From: Dehalococcoidia bacterium
GTDB lineage: Bacteria; Chloroflexota; Dehalococcoidia; Lucifugimonadales; UBA3495
Assembly: GCA_965207585.1 (NCBI GenBank)
Contig: CBDBMT010000002.1
Location: forward strand, 244,255 to 308,254
DNA: 64,000 nt
Reading direction: 5' to 3'
The notes under the pieces were generated by a model. That model saw only the letters and a program-made list of their open reading frames with translations. It had not been told where the DNA came from and did no database searches. This document shows positions 45,998-55,374 of the stretch, one piece after another. The position numbers and the translations under genes were made by a program. Position 1 is the first letter of the stretch, and each line of letters begins with the position of its first letter.

Positions 45998-46435
45998 CTA
46001 CGTTTGCTCGGTGTCGGACATTGGTGGAGGTTCCTCAGGGTTCTGACGAGTGATATCTACTAGCTCGCTCCAATCGCTATCGGTAGTCGGTTCTGTGGGA
46101 CTTGGAACATCCGGGTGGTCATCATCCAGCGTGCGGAATTCGGCATGTTGGGAGTCTTTGGTTTGTTCTACGGACATCTGGACTTGTTCGTGCCCCTGCG
46201 GTGGGTTGTATTGAGTCAACGCCATGTGCAAAGCCAGCATCAGTGTGGGGATCAGGCTGGCTGCACCCATCGCCAATTTTAGGCACTGTGCGATGTAGTA
46301 GAACCACCATTTCCGGTTGGACGTTGGTGCTGGGCAGTGTTGTGGATTTTTGGCGGACAATAATCGTGTTCCGTGGATGTTTCTGCGCCGCCAACGTTCG
46401 CGGGAGTGTGACCTTGAGAGGTTGAGGATGTCCAT
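45998..46435 (-). CDS. hypothetical membrane protein
   Basis: ORF track. One or two hydrophobic segments (WWFYYIAQCLKLAMGAASLIPTLMLALHMAL). Confidence 0.3.
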   Translation of the reverse strand: MDILNLSRSHSRERWRRRNIHGTRLLSAKNPQHCPAPTSNRKWWFYYIAQCLKLAMGAASLIPTLMLALHMALTQYNPPQGHEQVQMSVEQTKDSQHAEFRTLDDDHPDVPSPTEPTTDSDWSELVDITRQNPEEPPPMSDTEQT

Positions 46436-46525
46436 TGCGTTGAATTCTTCGGTCCTTCTCCAGAAGGAGAAGTTGCCCCGTGTGTCGCGTTGAGGTCTGG
46501 ATTAATTTCGTTTGGCGGCGGTGCA

Positions 46526-47356
46526 TTAGAGGAACGCCATTTGTACCGCTGTAACCGGCGGTTCCGCGCTGTACAGTGCCTGCCAAAGGTTGCGTTGGGC
46601 CTGATGGTGGTCGTGACCGGGCTTGGTGGTTCTCACCAGTGCTTCCAGCGTAGCACGGAACTGACTGTCCTCGGGGTTGTACAGATGTCGCGTCAGCCAG
46701 TCCTTGGCGTCGATGGTGTTGCGGCGGTCGGCGATAGCGACGGCGGTTTGGACGGCGTCCAGCGTCGTTGACGCGGCGATGTCGTCGCGGATGCTGCGGG
46801 CGGCCATGCGGTCGTGGGCGCTGAGCATCGTCACTTTGTCGGCGTTGAAGTTGAGGACGCGGCGGGTGTCTGGATCGTTCTTCACGAGGCTGACTCCGAT
46901 GGCGCGAGCCAGCAGGTTGGCCTCGTCGAACAGCAGCATGTCGCCTTCGGTGGCGTCCTTGGCCAGCACGTAGAACTTCGTGGCTGGGTCCGTGGGGTTG
47001 TCGGTCCATTCCCGATTGATTGCTTGGGCGCGGTGTCGGCTAACCTCGCGGTGAGCCACTTGGGGCGCGTCGGTGGGCTTAACGATGAATGGAGCCTCCG
47101 GGCGGTCTGGGTTGGCGCTCTTGTGCTGGGTGCCCCAGTTTTCGCTGATGACACGCAGGGCGGGGCCGAAGGCACTGAGGTACAGGTCGATTGGCTTCAG
47201 GTCGTCCTGGCTCAGGTTTTCCCTGATGTCGTGCCGCACGGCTTGGGCGATGAGCTGCTCGACCTCGTGCCAAGAGGTACTGAAATGCGAAAACGGCGCC
47301 CTGTGGCGCCGCTGTGCTGAGGTCTGGGTCGGTGGTGGCCGACGGGTTTGTTGCAA
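46526..47356 (-). pseudogene. C-terminal fragment resembling COG1743/DUF1156-type DNA methylases (tentative)
   Basis: No methylase core is present. The tail ...DPATKFYVLAKDATEGDMLLFDEANLLARAIGVSL...KVTMLSAHDR fits my recollection of that family's C-terminus. Confidence 0.35.
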
Positions 47357-47360
47357 GTGC

Positions 47361-48088
47361 TCAGCTTGGTTGGCCGTCGCGCTCGGAGCGCAGCATTGCT
47401 GGCGTCAGGACGCGTACGTTCATCTCCCTTGCCTGTCGTTGCTGGGTGGGATGGACGTTCACGCCGATGACGGCGGCGATGGCATTCTCGCCGGTGGCGG
47501 CGGCCACGGTGGCGGCGCGTTCGTGTGCACGCTGGAGATGTCGCTTAGGTTGACGGTCTGGGAAACCTCAAACACACCGTGCACGTACTTTCGGTCACCG
47601 GTCCGGCGGGTTCGGATGATGATGTCGGCGACCAGCACGTTGTCGGCCTGTTCCTCGGTGATGAGTCCCTGTTCCTCGGCGGTCTCGATGTACTCCGTGA
47701 ATTGCGGCGCGGTGTCGCGGCCGCGGGCCAGCAGTATCCGCCCCCTGGTGAGGTCGAGTTCGTCCTTGGCGATGTTCAGGATGCTGTCTCTGGCCCGTCG
47801 TTCCAGGTCGCTGCCTTTCAGTGCCGCTACGTCGGTCTCGAGGTTGTTCAACCGGCGGTTGGTCTCGATGGCTTGTTCTTCCAGTACGGTCAGCCGGCGG
47901 TGGGTCTCCTTGGCGAATGCCTCGAAGTTCGCGCTGAGTTCGGCGACTACCTGCACGAGCTCGGCGAAGCGTTCCGGTAGTTGCGCCAGTTCGGGGGACA
48001 GCAGCCGGTTCCTGACTTCCGCCAGGAACTGCGGGTCGGTGTCGAGCGCTTGGAGAAAGCGTTCCTTTTCCTGTTGGTTCAGCGTCAT
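47361..48088 (-). pseudogene. paralog of 20129..20998 (DUF3782-like) with a frameshift near 47540
   Basis: The N-terminal 180 aa are collinear with the paralog. After ...EVSQTVNLSDIS, the family-like continuation RAHERAATVAAATGENAIAAVIGVNV... is in another frame, ending at 47361. Confidence 0.6.
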
Positions 48089-48744
48089 GGGGCCTCACGT
48101 GTGATTGCATGATAGCACGGCGGAGCGATTCCCGTGGATGTTGTGCCGGTAGGGCAGCGCCTGTGGTGTCTTACGGCGTCAGGGCACTCGTAACTTCGGT
48201 ATGCTTCGGCGGTGGGGTTGTCGTATGCGTCGCGGCAGGGACCGTGCAGTTGCAGGTAATTCTCGTCCAGAGCTTCCAGCGCATGGGCGCATCTTGCCTG
48301 CACTTCCTGCCAGGTCCAGCAGGTGAAGATTTCAGATTCGCGCATTCCGTGGGCGTTGATGCTGACGCGGAAGTAGCTGGGCGTGGCCTCCACGCTCTCT
48401 ACGTCGTTTTGCAGTTCGGTTTCGTCGAACTCGTCGATTTCGATGGTGATCTTGGCGTCTGTGACGCTGCTACGGCAAATTAGCCTTGGGCCGTTGGCAA
48501 CCCATTGGGGTGGCACTTCGCCGCGCAGGACTGGTTCGTCAGGCAGTTCCACGCGTTCGAAGTCGAACCAGCGCGGCGAGCCGTTGGGAAGGGGCGTGTG
48601 CCAGACGTCGTTCTGCACGAGTTGATACCTGTGGTTGTCTGGTAAGGGGGTGGTCCGGACTTGCATTGGCAGGGTTCCTAGGCTGGTGAGGGTTGTGGTT
48701 TTGGTGGGCTGTGCAGCAAAAGAGACGTGGTTCAATTGAACCAC
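48085..48744 (-). CDS. hypothetical protein, translationally coupled (ATGA) to 47361..48088
   Basis: ORF track. Its stop overlaps the downstream ATG at 48085-48088. Confidence 0.45.
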   Translation of the reverse strand: MVQLNHVSFAAQPTKTTTLTSLGTLPMQVRTTPLPDNHRYQLVQNDVWHTPLPNGSPRWFDFERVELPDEPVLRGEVPPQWVANGPRLICRSSVTDAKITIEIDEFDETELQNDVESVEATPSYFRVSINAHGMRESEIFTCWTWQEVQARCAHALEALDENYLQLHGPCRDAYDNPTAEAYRSYECPDAVRHHRRCPTGTTSTGIAPPCYHAITREAP

Positions 48745-48813
48745 GTCTCCCGTGTTGTTTCCGTTGCGCCGTTTCGTGGGGCGTGCGTGCGTTGGGGTTC
48801 TGTGTAGTGGCGT

Positions 48814-49365
48814 TCAGCGTCGTTCGGCAGTGGAGTCTTCATCGGTGCTGCCCACCGCATTTGGTGGTTCATCTTCGACGAAGATGACGCCTCTGCGGAC
48901 TTGGTCTTGCTTCCATTGCATGAATTGTTCTTCAAGCTCTGCGGTGGCTTCGTCGCGGCCGCGGGCTTCTCCGCGGGCTTCGCTGGCTCTGATCAGTGGC
49001 TGCATGATGCGTTCCAGTATCGGCATGGTGATCATTACTCCTGCGTGGATCAAAGTGGCTGCGCTGGTGCTGGTTCCGGGGCTGATTTTAGCAAACTCCG
49101 CACCGGCGGTCACCGCGTTGGCAATGGCCGCTGGTGCCGGCAGGTCGCCGCTGGTGGTCAGGGTCGTTCGCGGCGTGAAAACCACGATAATTCGCTTGGC
49201 AAAGGACTTCTCCGGCTCGGCGGCGATGAATCTGCTGACGGCGTCGGCGAGGTTCAGTATGTGGTCTCTCTCATGTCGGGTGCTGACTTGTGGGCTGGGC
49301 GGCGGTGTCGTCCGCTGGGGCTGGATCCGGTGGTTCAGGGTTTTCAATAAGTTGGCGTCTGACAT
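48814..49365 (-). CDS. hypothetical protein; start uncertain
   Basis: Internal ATG of ORF 48814..49572, chosen to avoid overlap with 49433..50155. No clear RBS. Confidence 0.25.
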   Translation of the reverse strand: MSDANLLKTLNHRIQPQRTTPPPSPQVSTRHERDHILNLADAVSRFIAAEPEKSFAKRIIVVFTPRTTLTTSGDLPAPAAIANAVTAGAEFAKISPGTSTSAATLIHAGVMITMPILERIMQPLIRASEARGEARGRDEATAELEEQFMQWKQDQVRRGVIFVEDEPPNAVGSTDEDSTAERR

Positions 49366-49432
49366 GGGCGATTTTCGCGGTAATCGGCCATCTGTTGTAT
49401 TGCTTGGTGGTCCATGGGGCCGACTCGGTGGT

Positions 49433-50155
49433 TCATTGGCAAGCGGCGTTGCGCTGCGTGAGTGCATCGTTGATGCGTTGTTCTGCCAGCGGATATTCTG
49501 CAACGCGGGTACGCGTCGCGTGGGGATTGCCGTCGTAGCCGTCGGGGTATAACCATAGTGCATCTGGACCAAGTACTAGATCGGCGTGGCAGTCGTTGGC
49601 GGTGAGAGCGTCAGCGACCGACTTGAGAATGTCGGCGGCGGACGCCACGGGAGTTTGAGTATCGGCGGTTTCGGAGGCGCTGGAAGATGGTCCAGGTAGA
49701 CCTTCTTCCGTGAGGACACCGACCATACAGCTGTCTTCAGAGGAGGAGCCGGATTTGCCGAGGACAACGGTGTCGCCAGGGCGCCCTTTGGCGTAGTTGT
49801 CGAAGCCGTAGACGCGCATGGCGTCGGAATCCCCTTGGATGTTCATCGGTTCGCCGTAGTGGCCGGTGGGGCGGCCGGAGTTGGAATACTGGGCAGCGAT
49901 GCCGCTTCGCCAGTCTGGGCCGGGGATGATTGAGTGTGTGTACTCAATGCGGATGACGCCAATGGCGAGACCGGCGGGATGTTCGCAGGAACCGAACAAG
50001 TGCGGCAGTCCGGCGGCTCGGTAATAGCCGGGCGATGATGGCGGCTTTTCGGGAACATCCGCTGTCGGAACCGGCGGGTCGGCATAGCAGGCAATAGCCA
50101 TGACGCCGAGAGCGGCGCTGAGCAGGATGCGCGTGAGCAGAGGTAAACTGGCCAT
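49433..50155 (-). CDS. hypothetical lipoprotein
   Basis: Signal peptide and lipobox MASLPLLTRILLSAALGVMAIAC. Confidence 0.55.
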   Translation of the reverse strand: MASLPLLTRILLSAALGVMAIACYADPPVPTADVPEKPPSSPGYYRAAGLPHLFGSCEHPAGLAIGVIRIEYTHSIIPGPDWRSGIAAQYSNSGRPTGHYGEPMNIQGDSDAMRVYGFDNYAKGRPGDTVVLGKSGSSSEDSCMVGVLTEEGLPGPSSSASETADTQTPVASAADILKSVADALTANDCHADLVLGPDALWLYPDGYDGNPHATRTRVAEYPLAEQRINDALTQRNAACQ

Positions 50156-50245
50156 CTTGCTTTCCTTGGGTGGTGAAAATGGAAGCCCCGGCGGATTTGG
50201 CCGGGGTGGTCATGGTAGTCGATGGCGCCGTGAGGCGGTTGCCGT

Positions 50246-50464
50246 TTATGGGGCGTGGTCCGAACGGTGGCGTTTCGCCCATCTGATGGTTGCCCAGGTG
50301 AGACAGCAGATGGCTGTGGCAGCTCCGCCTGTTGCGGTTATCGTCCACAGCAGGTCGGACGCGGCTTGGTGATTGCCTTGGACAATCAGCGTGACTACCG
50401 CACCGATGCCCATGTAGACGGCGGCAGTCGCTATCGGCAGTGTGGCGTGTGCAATCCGTCTCAT
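50246..50464 (-). CDS. small two-TM membrane protein
   Basis: ORF track. Two hydrophobic helices and a basic tail. Confidence 0.4.
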   Translation of the reverse strand: MRRIAHATLPIATAAVYMGIGAVVTLIVQGNHQAASDLLWTITATGGAATAICCLTWATIRWAKRHRSDHAP

Positions 50465-50573
50465 GTCGATTTCTTCCTTGCTGGGCGGGTTTCTTGGCGT
50501 GCCGTTGCGGATGCCACGTTCCGCTGTCGGGTATGGACCCTACCTCGGTGGGAACTGGTTGCCCTGCTTTTAT

Positions 50574-51425
50574 CTATGTTTGTGCTCTCCAACGCGGTTG
50601 GACATGGTCTGATGTACCTTCCGGTGGGATGTCCCATGGGTCTGTTCCTGTGAGTTCGCTGATGCGCTCGTAGATGCGATCCAGGTCCTCGGTAACATTG
50701 TTCGCCATTTCGCGGTAGTCCGTTATCGGGGTTATCGTCGGTCCGTATCGTGTTCCGCCTGCAAAGTTGTCGAGCTGCCCGAGGTTGCTATCGAAATGCC
50801 ATTCGTCTCCTCTTGGGTCCAACCGCCTGATGTCCCGAGCGAACGCTCTGGTCGAGTGGTGGGTGTTGTACTCCTCTCCGAATGCCGAGATCAGCGCCTT
50901 CATTGCATTTTCGATTGCCTGCTGGGCCAAGAATGCGGTGTCCTTGTCTTCGAAGCCAAGGTCCAGCAGGCCGTGCATATTGCGGTAGTGCACGTTGGCA
51001 TCGGCGATGCGTCTTTCTCGCTCTAGGTACTCCAGTTGTTCGTTGTCTTCGTAGTCATCGTACGTCGAGCCGTAATCTTCGGTGTTACGCGGCATGAGTA
51101 TTCCCTGCCTTCGTGCGCGTGCCGCCACGTGGTTGATCGTCTGCTTGCTTAGGAGTCTGAAATCCTGGTGTGTCATGAACAGGACATCTACCGTCATGTG
51201 CTGGCCAAACGTATCGGTTGCAATGCGGGCCGCTTGGTCTTGGGTGTCTAAAATTGTCTCCTGGTCTGGCATTGCATCACTGAGCACGACTAGGTCGAGA
51301 TCAGATTTATCGGTCCAGTCGGCTCTTGCCCGGGACCCGAAAAGTAGTACACAGTTTGCATCAATTGCTTGCCGCAGGCGCTCCGCGGCTTCTATCGCTT
51401 TGTGGTCCGGTGTCGGGTTCGACAT
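50574..51425 (-). CDS. nucleotidyltransferase-HEPN fusion protein
   Basis: NTase motif LLFGSRARADWTDKSDLDLVVL. C-terminal HEPN-like AFLAQQAIENAMKALISAF...GGTRYGP. Confidence 0.8.
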   Translation of the reverse strand: MSNPTPDHKAIEAAERLRQAIDANCVLLFGSRARADWTDKSDLDLVVLSDAMPDQETILDTQDQAARIATDTFGQHMTVDVLFMTHQDFRLLSKQTINHVAARARRQGILMPRNTEDYGSTYDDYEDNEQLEYLERERRIADANVHYRNMHGLLDLGFEDKDTAFLAQQAIENAMKALISAFGEEYNTHHSTRAFARDIRRLDPRGDEWHFDSNLGQLDNFAGGTRYGPTITPITDYREMANNVTEDLDRIYERISELTGTDPWDIPPEGTSDHVQPRWRAQT

Positions 51426-51577
51426 GGGAGATGCCCTCGTTTGGTAGTATTTGCGTGTTCTGTGGTGGCTTTCTTGAGCGGGTGCTCATGTTCTGTTGGG
51501 AGGTGCGGCGCCTTGTGCGTCATCGCCCTTAGGTCAACTCAAACTGTGTGCCGTGACGGCGGGCGGCATTCGTTGCT

Positions 51578-51802
51578 TCAGTCGTCGGTCGCATCGGGCT
51601 GGCTTTCCGCTCCGACTGGTCCCATCTGGCGGTACAGTAGTTCGAAGATGCGATTGATGTCGGCTTTGATTTCCTTCACGTCCTGTTTCAGGCGGTCCAT
51701 TCGGCTGCTGAGTTTGCCGGCCCAGAAAACTCCGGCCACTATGGCGAGTACCAAGGTGCCGAGGGTTGCCAGCGTGCCCCAATCTACGTTTACCGTGGCC
51801 AC
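51578..51802 (-). CDS. small membrane-anchored coiled-coil protein
   Basis: TM helix LATLGTLVLAIVAGVFWAG followed by a charged helix. Sits between the two NTase-HEPN genes. Confidence 0.5.
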   Translation of the reverse strand: MATVNVDWGTLATLGTLVLAIVAGVFWAGKLSSRMDRLKQDVKEIKADINRIFELLYRQMGPVGAESQPDATDD

Positions 51803-51862
51803 GGTAATCCTCCTGACTTGGTCAGCGTGATGCTGACCACTGCCGTGATTGGTTGTTGCAGG

Positions 51863-52741
51863 TTACCGTAGGTCGGAGTCATCCGTTCCGCAGAGCTCAT
51901 GGGCTCGGTTCGCGAATGTGAGTGCGGCAGCCATGATTTCCTGCCTGAACTTGGTCGTTTCAAGGTCGTCCATGTGGAAACCGGTCCCTTCGTAGCGGTA
52001 GGTTACCGCGTATTTGGTGAGCCAGTTTTCGTACTCGCCGGGATGGTTCGGAACCTCAACCGTGGTGTAGTCCATCAGGAGGCGCAGTTGTTCGGCGGCA
52101 AGTGTGTTGGTTTCTCCAAGATGGTTGAGGATGCTTTCAGCGGCGTCCTCGAGATCATGAATGCGGCGGTAGTTGATGCCAGCGGCTGACATCCAGGCTT
52201 TCATTGCGTTTTCCACGGCCTGTTGTGCGTGAAACCCGTAGTCTTCTTGTGGAAAGTCGCCTGTTTCCATCATCCGGTCGAAGGTGTTGAGCTGTCGGTG
52301 CGCGGCTTGCAATTTCTCTTTTACGTCAGGCCAGCTTTCTGGATAATCGTCTTGGAAGTTGTTTGCGAAATCGAGCCTTTCGCCGCTCATAATGATGCCG
52401 TCCCGCAGTGCCTGCGCTGCAACGTGGTTTTTGGCCCGTCGTGCGTAATTGAACCTTTCCTCGTCCATAGGAATGATGTCGACGCCGAGTTGGGGCGGGT
52501 GTTCGGCGAAGTATTCCCTGATTGCCTGCTTGATGCGGGACGCGGGGGTTGCGGTTTCCTTGTGAAAGATCACGAGCAGGTCTACGTCTGAAGATGGTCG
52601 GTGGTCGCCTCTGGCGCGGGAGCCGAATAGTATGACGGTGTTGGGTTCGGCTGCTTGCTGAGCAACGCGAGCTACGGCAAGGCCGGTTGGGTCAGGCGCC
52701 TGTTTGCGGTGGGGTTGCGGGTTCATTTGGTGCCTCTGCAT
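51863..52741 (-). CDS. nucleotidyltransferase-HEPN fusion protein (paralog of 50574..51425)
   Basis: ILFGSRARGDHRPSSDVDLLVIF. HEPN-like FHAQQAVENAMKAWMSAAGINYRRIHDLEDA...YRYEG. Confidence 0.8.
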   Translation of the reverse strand: MQRHQMNPQPHRKQAPDPTGLAVARVAQQAAEPNTVILFGSRARGDHRPSSDVDLLVIFHKETATPASRIKQAIREYFAEHPPQLGVDIIPMDEERFNYARRAKNHVAAQALRDGIIMSGERLDFANNFQDDYPESWPDVKEKLQAAHRQLNTFDRMMETGDFPQEDYGFHAQQAVENAMKAWMSAAGINYRRIHDLEDAAESILNHLGETNTLAAEQLRLLMDYTTVEVPNHPGEYENWLTKYAVTYRYEGTGFHMDDLETTKFRQEIMAAALTFANRAHELCGTDDSDLR

Positions 52742-52793
52742 GGCTTTGGCATGGTTGGGTTGGTCAGGTCGCAGCGGGCATTGCTACGAGGCG

Positions 52794-52991
52794 CTACACC
52801 GCCTCCCGGCTCGTGGTCCAGTTGTTGCGCAATGGGTCCACATCGGGGCGCAGCGGACGCTGGCGCTGGGTATTCCAGTAAGGTGACTTGCACTTGGGGC
52901 AGACCTTGGGTTCGGGAAGTTGCGGCTGCTTGCGAATCCAACGGTGCGCGCACCGCTCGCACAGGAATCCCGGAATCATCACGTAGGCCAT
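52794..52991 (-). CDS. small zinc-ribbon protein
   Basis: AAGGAGG lies 8 nt before the ATG at 52991. CERC...CPKC motif. Confidence 0.55.
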   Translation of the reverse strand: MAYVMIPGFLCERCAHRWIRKQPQLPEPKVCPKCKSPYWNTQRQRPLRPDVDPLRNNWTTSREAV

Positions 52992-53053
52992 GCTGATGTT
53001 CCTCCTTGGGTTGAGCTCTGCTCTGTCAACGCGCTCCGGATATTTACCAATTT

Positions 53054-54506
53054 GGTAGGTGAAAATTATCACAGTGAACTTGACGTGTCAACGAAAACAT
53101 GACGGCCGTGCGGTTGCCCATGCGCTACCGTTTTAGTATAGTTTCAGCAGCCGTCTGGTGCCTTGCGTCAGGCGCAAAACATACGAGGCCGGAGGAGGGA
53201 CCAAGCTCCAACGGCCTCAAACGACGCACCCCGGACCAGACCCGAAGATGCTCGTTACCGATATTAGACCCTTGGTGGGTCATTTGCAACCGTCGCAGGC
53301 TTCCGCGCTCACGTGCGGGGGGCCGGTGGCGGTGCATTGCTTCGGTTTTCAGTTGTCCGGTGGTGGCGTCGACTCTTGAGGGGGCGGCGTTGGTCAACCG
53401 GCTGGACGCCGAACGCCTGGGGCTGCTGTTGCACTGCCTGGTGGAGGGTAACTCGTGCCGAGGAGCGGCCCGGCTCTCCGAGGTCTCGGTGAACACGGTG
53501 TACGATTGGTTGGACCGAGCCGCTGCGGCCTGCGCCGATTTCCACGACCGGCGCGTTCGGAATTTGAGCCCGGTGTCTCTACAGGCTGACGAACTGTGGG
53601 GATTCGTGTACGTCAAGGCCAAGCGGGCTGATGCCGCCAAGTCGCCGCCGGCATTCGCCGGGGACGTTTGGACTTGGTTGGCTCTGGACCCGGTGACGAA
53701 GTTGATCGTCGCCTGCCACGTGGGCTCCCGCGGCGCGGAGGACGCGGCGTGTTTCATTGCGGACATCGCTTGGCGTCTGGACGCTCGCGTCCAGTTGAGC
53801 ACCGACGGTCATGCTCCGTACGTGAACGCTGTGGAGTCGGCCTTCAGCGCCGAGATTGATTTCGTCCAGCTGGTCAAGTCGCACCGGACTGACGACGATG
53901 GCAACGAGCTGGTGGAAGTCTTCAAGAATGTGATCAGCGGTTCCCCGAAGGAATTGTTGATTTCAACCAGTCTTGTTGAGCGTCTGAACCTCACGATGCG
54001 GATGAGCAACCGACGACTGATCAGACGAACCAACGGTTTTTCCAAACGGGTCAGGCGACACGACGCGATGATGCGGGTGTTGGTGACCTACTACAACTTC
54101 TGCAGGGTGCACGGCGCTTTGAAAACGACGCCCGCGGTGGCTGCCGGCTTGGCGGATCACGTCTGGGACCGACGTGAGTTGGCTCGGATGATTATCGAGA
54201 ACAGTTGCCCTGGCAGTACGAGAGGGCCGTACCAGTGTGATAATTCGTCGGGCGGTTTGGAATTTTCGCTGGTCCGGCATTGGGGGCGTAGCCGTGCGAT
54301 GCGCGAGGACGTAGTGTGTGCGAATTGCGGTTCCCACTGGATGCCCAAGGATGGCAGGGACACTTCGGGACGACAGCGTTACCGTTGTCGGGACTGCGGT
54401 TATCGTTCGGTGGGTAAGCTGGCTGAGACGTGACTTGGCTGGGCGGCTTGACCAGGCTACTATTCGATTCTCTGATACCCCATTTCAAACTGAGTCACTA
54501 CCCACC
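53054..54506 (+). mobile_element. IS1-family-like insertion sequence (ends tentative)
   Basis: Weak terminal inverted repeats: GGTAGGTG... at 53054, and reverse-complement GGTGGGTA... ending at 54506. Encloses the transposase ORF. Confidence 0.4.
53390..54433 (+). CDS. IS1-like DDE transposase with HTH; InsA-type zinc finger located at the C-terminus
   Basis: HTH CRGAARLSEVSVNTVYDWL. QADELWGFV..., WTWLALDPVTKLIVA, QLSTDGHAPY and ERLNLTMRMSNRRLIRRTNGFSK are IS1-like. C-terminal CANCGS...RYRCRDCG. A TTG at 53390 is preceded by GAGGGGG; the ORF is open from 53099. Confidence 0.7.
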   Translation: MVNRLDAERLGLLLHCLVEGNSCRGAARLSEVSVNTVYDWLDRAAAACADFHDRRVRNLSPVSLQADELWGFVYVKAKRADAAKSPPAFAGDVWTWLALDPVTKLIVACHVGSRGAEDAACFIADIAWRLDARVQLSTDGHAPYVNAVESAFSAEIDFVQLVKSHRTDDDGNELVEVFKNVISGSPKELLISTSLVERLNLTMRMSNRRLIRRTNGFSKRVRRHDAMMRVLVTYYNFCRVHGALKTTPAVAAGLADHVWDRRELARMIIENSCPGSTRGPYQCDNSSGGLEFSLVRHWGRSRAMREDVVCANCGSHWMPKDGRDTSGRQRYRCRDCGYRSVGKLAET

Positions 54507-54577
54507 GGTGCCGGTTGACCTTCCGGCCCAGGCGCCAATAAGATCTCACTACATAATCCGGCGCGGAGGTCCAAGCA

Positions 54578-54865
54578 TTGAACGCATCTCAAGCAACCCT
54601 GGCCCACATTTCCGACTTGGTTCGCATGGAGCTGGCCGCCTACCTGCCCGCTGATTTCGTCATCGCCGAGGTAACCTCGGAATCCCTGCCCGGTCCTGAC
54701 GGCGACGATTACATCAGGACCACCGTAATCTTCGAGGACGACCATCCCGAACTTGACGCGCGGGCGCTCAACAAATTCTCCCTGCGCATTGACCCGCTGT
54801 GCGCGGAACGGGGCCTCGACCGACCGACCATCGCCTACGCGGACCGGAGCGAAATTCCGGCATGA
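54578..54865 (+). CDS. hypothetical small acidic protein, putative antitoxin-like partner
   Basis: ATGA overlap with the next ORF. Confidence 0.5.
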   Translation: MNASQATLAHISDLVRMELAAYLPADFVIAEVTSESLPGPDGDDYIRTTVIFEDDHPELDARALNKFSLRIDPLCAERGLDRPTIAYADRSEIPA

Positions 54866-55374
54866 CCACCGGGGCGACCCAGCCGGCCTTTCAACCCCCA
54901 GCTCCAATCAACTGGGCGGAACTCATCGCCGTTGGACGGGGAACCCTCATCCCCCAACCTCCGGCCGCTCAACCCACGACCGGAGCCATCCGGCGGGCCA
55001 TCAGCACCGCCTACTACGCGGCGTTCCACGCCCTGGCCGCCAGCAACGCCGACGCGCTCATCGGTCCCGCCCATGACCAACTGACCGCCGAGGCCTGGTT
55101 TCGCATCTACCGGGGTCTAGACCACAACCATGCCAAATCTCAACTGCAACAGAACCGCGCCTACCTGCCAGCCGACGCCCAGGTCTTCGCCGACCTGTTC
55201 CGGGACCTCCAGAACGAACGCCACAACGCGGACTACAATCCTCGGGCAAGTCCGACCGCTCGGACGGCGGCCACCTGGCTGAACAAAGCAGAAGCCGCCA
55301 TCGTGGACTTCCTTCAGGTCAGCCGAAGCGAACGTGCCGCAATCGCCATACTCACCCTGACCAGGACGCGGTGA
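54862..55374 (+). CDS. HEPN-like helical protein, putative toxin-like partner
   Basis: IRRAISTAYYAAFHALA ... LQNERHNADYN resembles HEPN-type helix and R/H/Y blocks. Confidence 0.45.
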   Translation: MTTGATQPAFQPPAPINWAELIAVGRGTLIPQPPAAQPTTGAIRRAISTAYYAAFHALAASNADALIGPAHDQLTAEAWFRIYRGLDHNHAKSQLQQNRAYLPADAQVFADLFRDLQNERHNADYNPRASPTARTAATWLNKAEAAIVDFLQVSRSERAAIAILTLTRTR

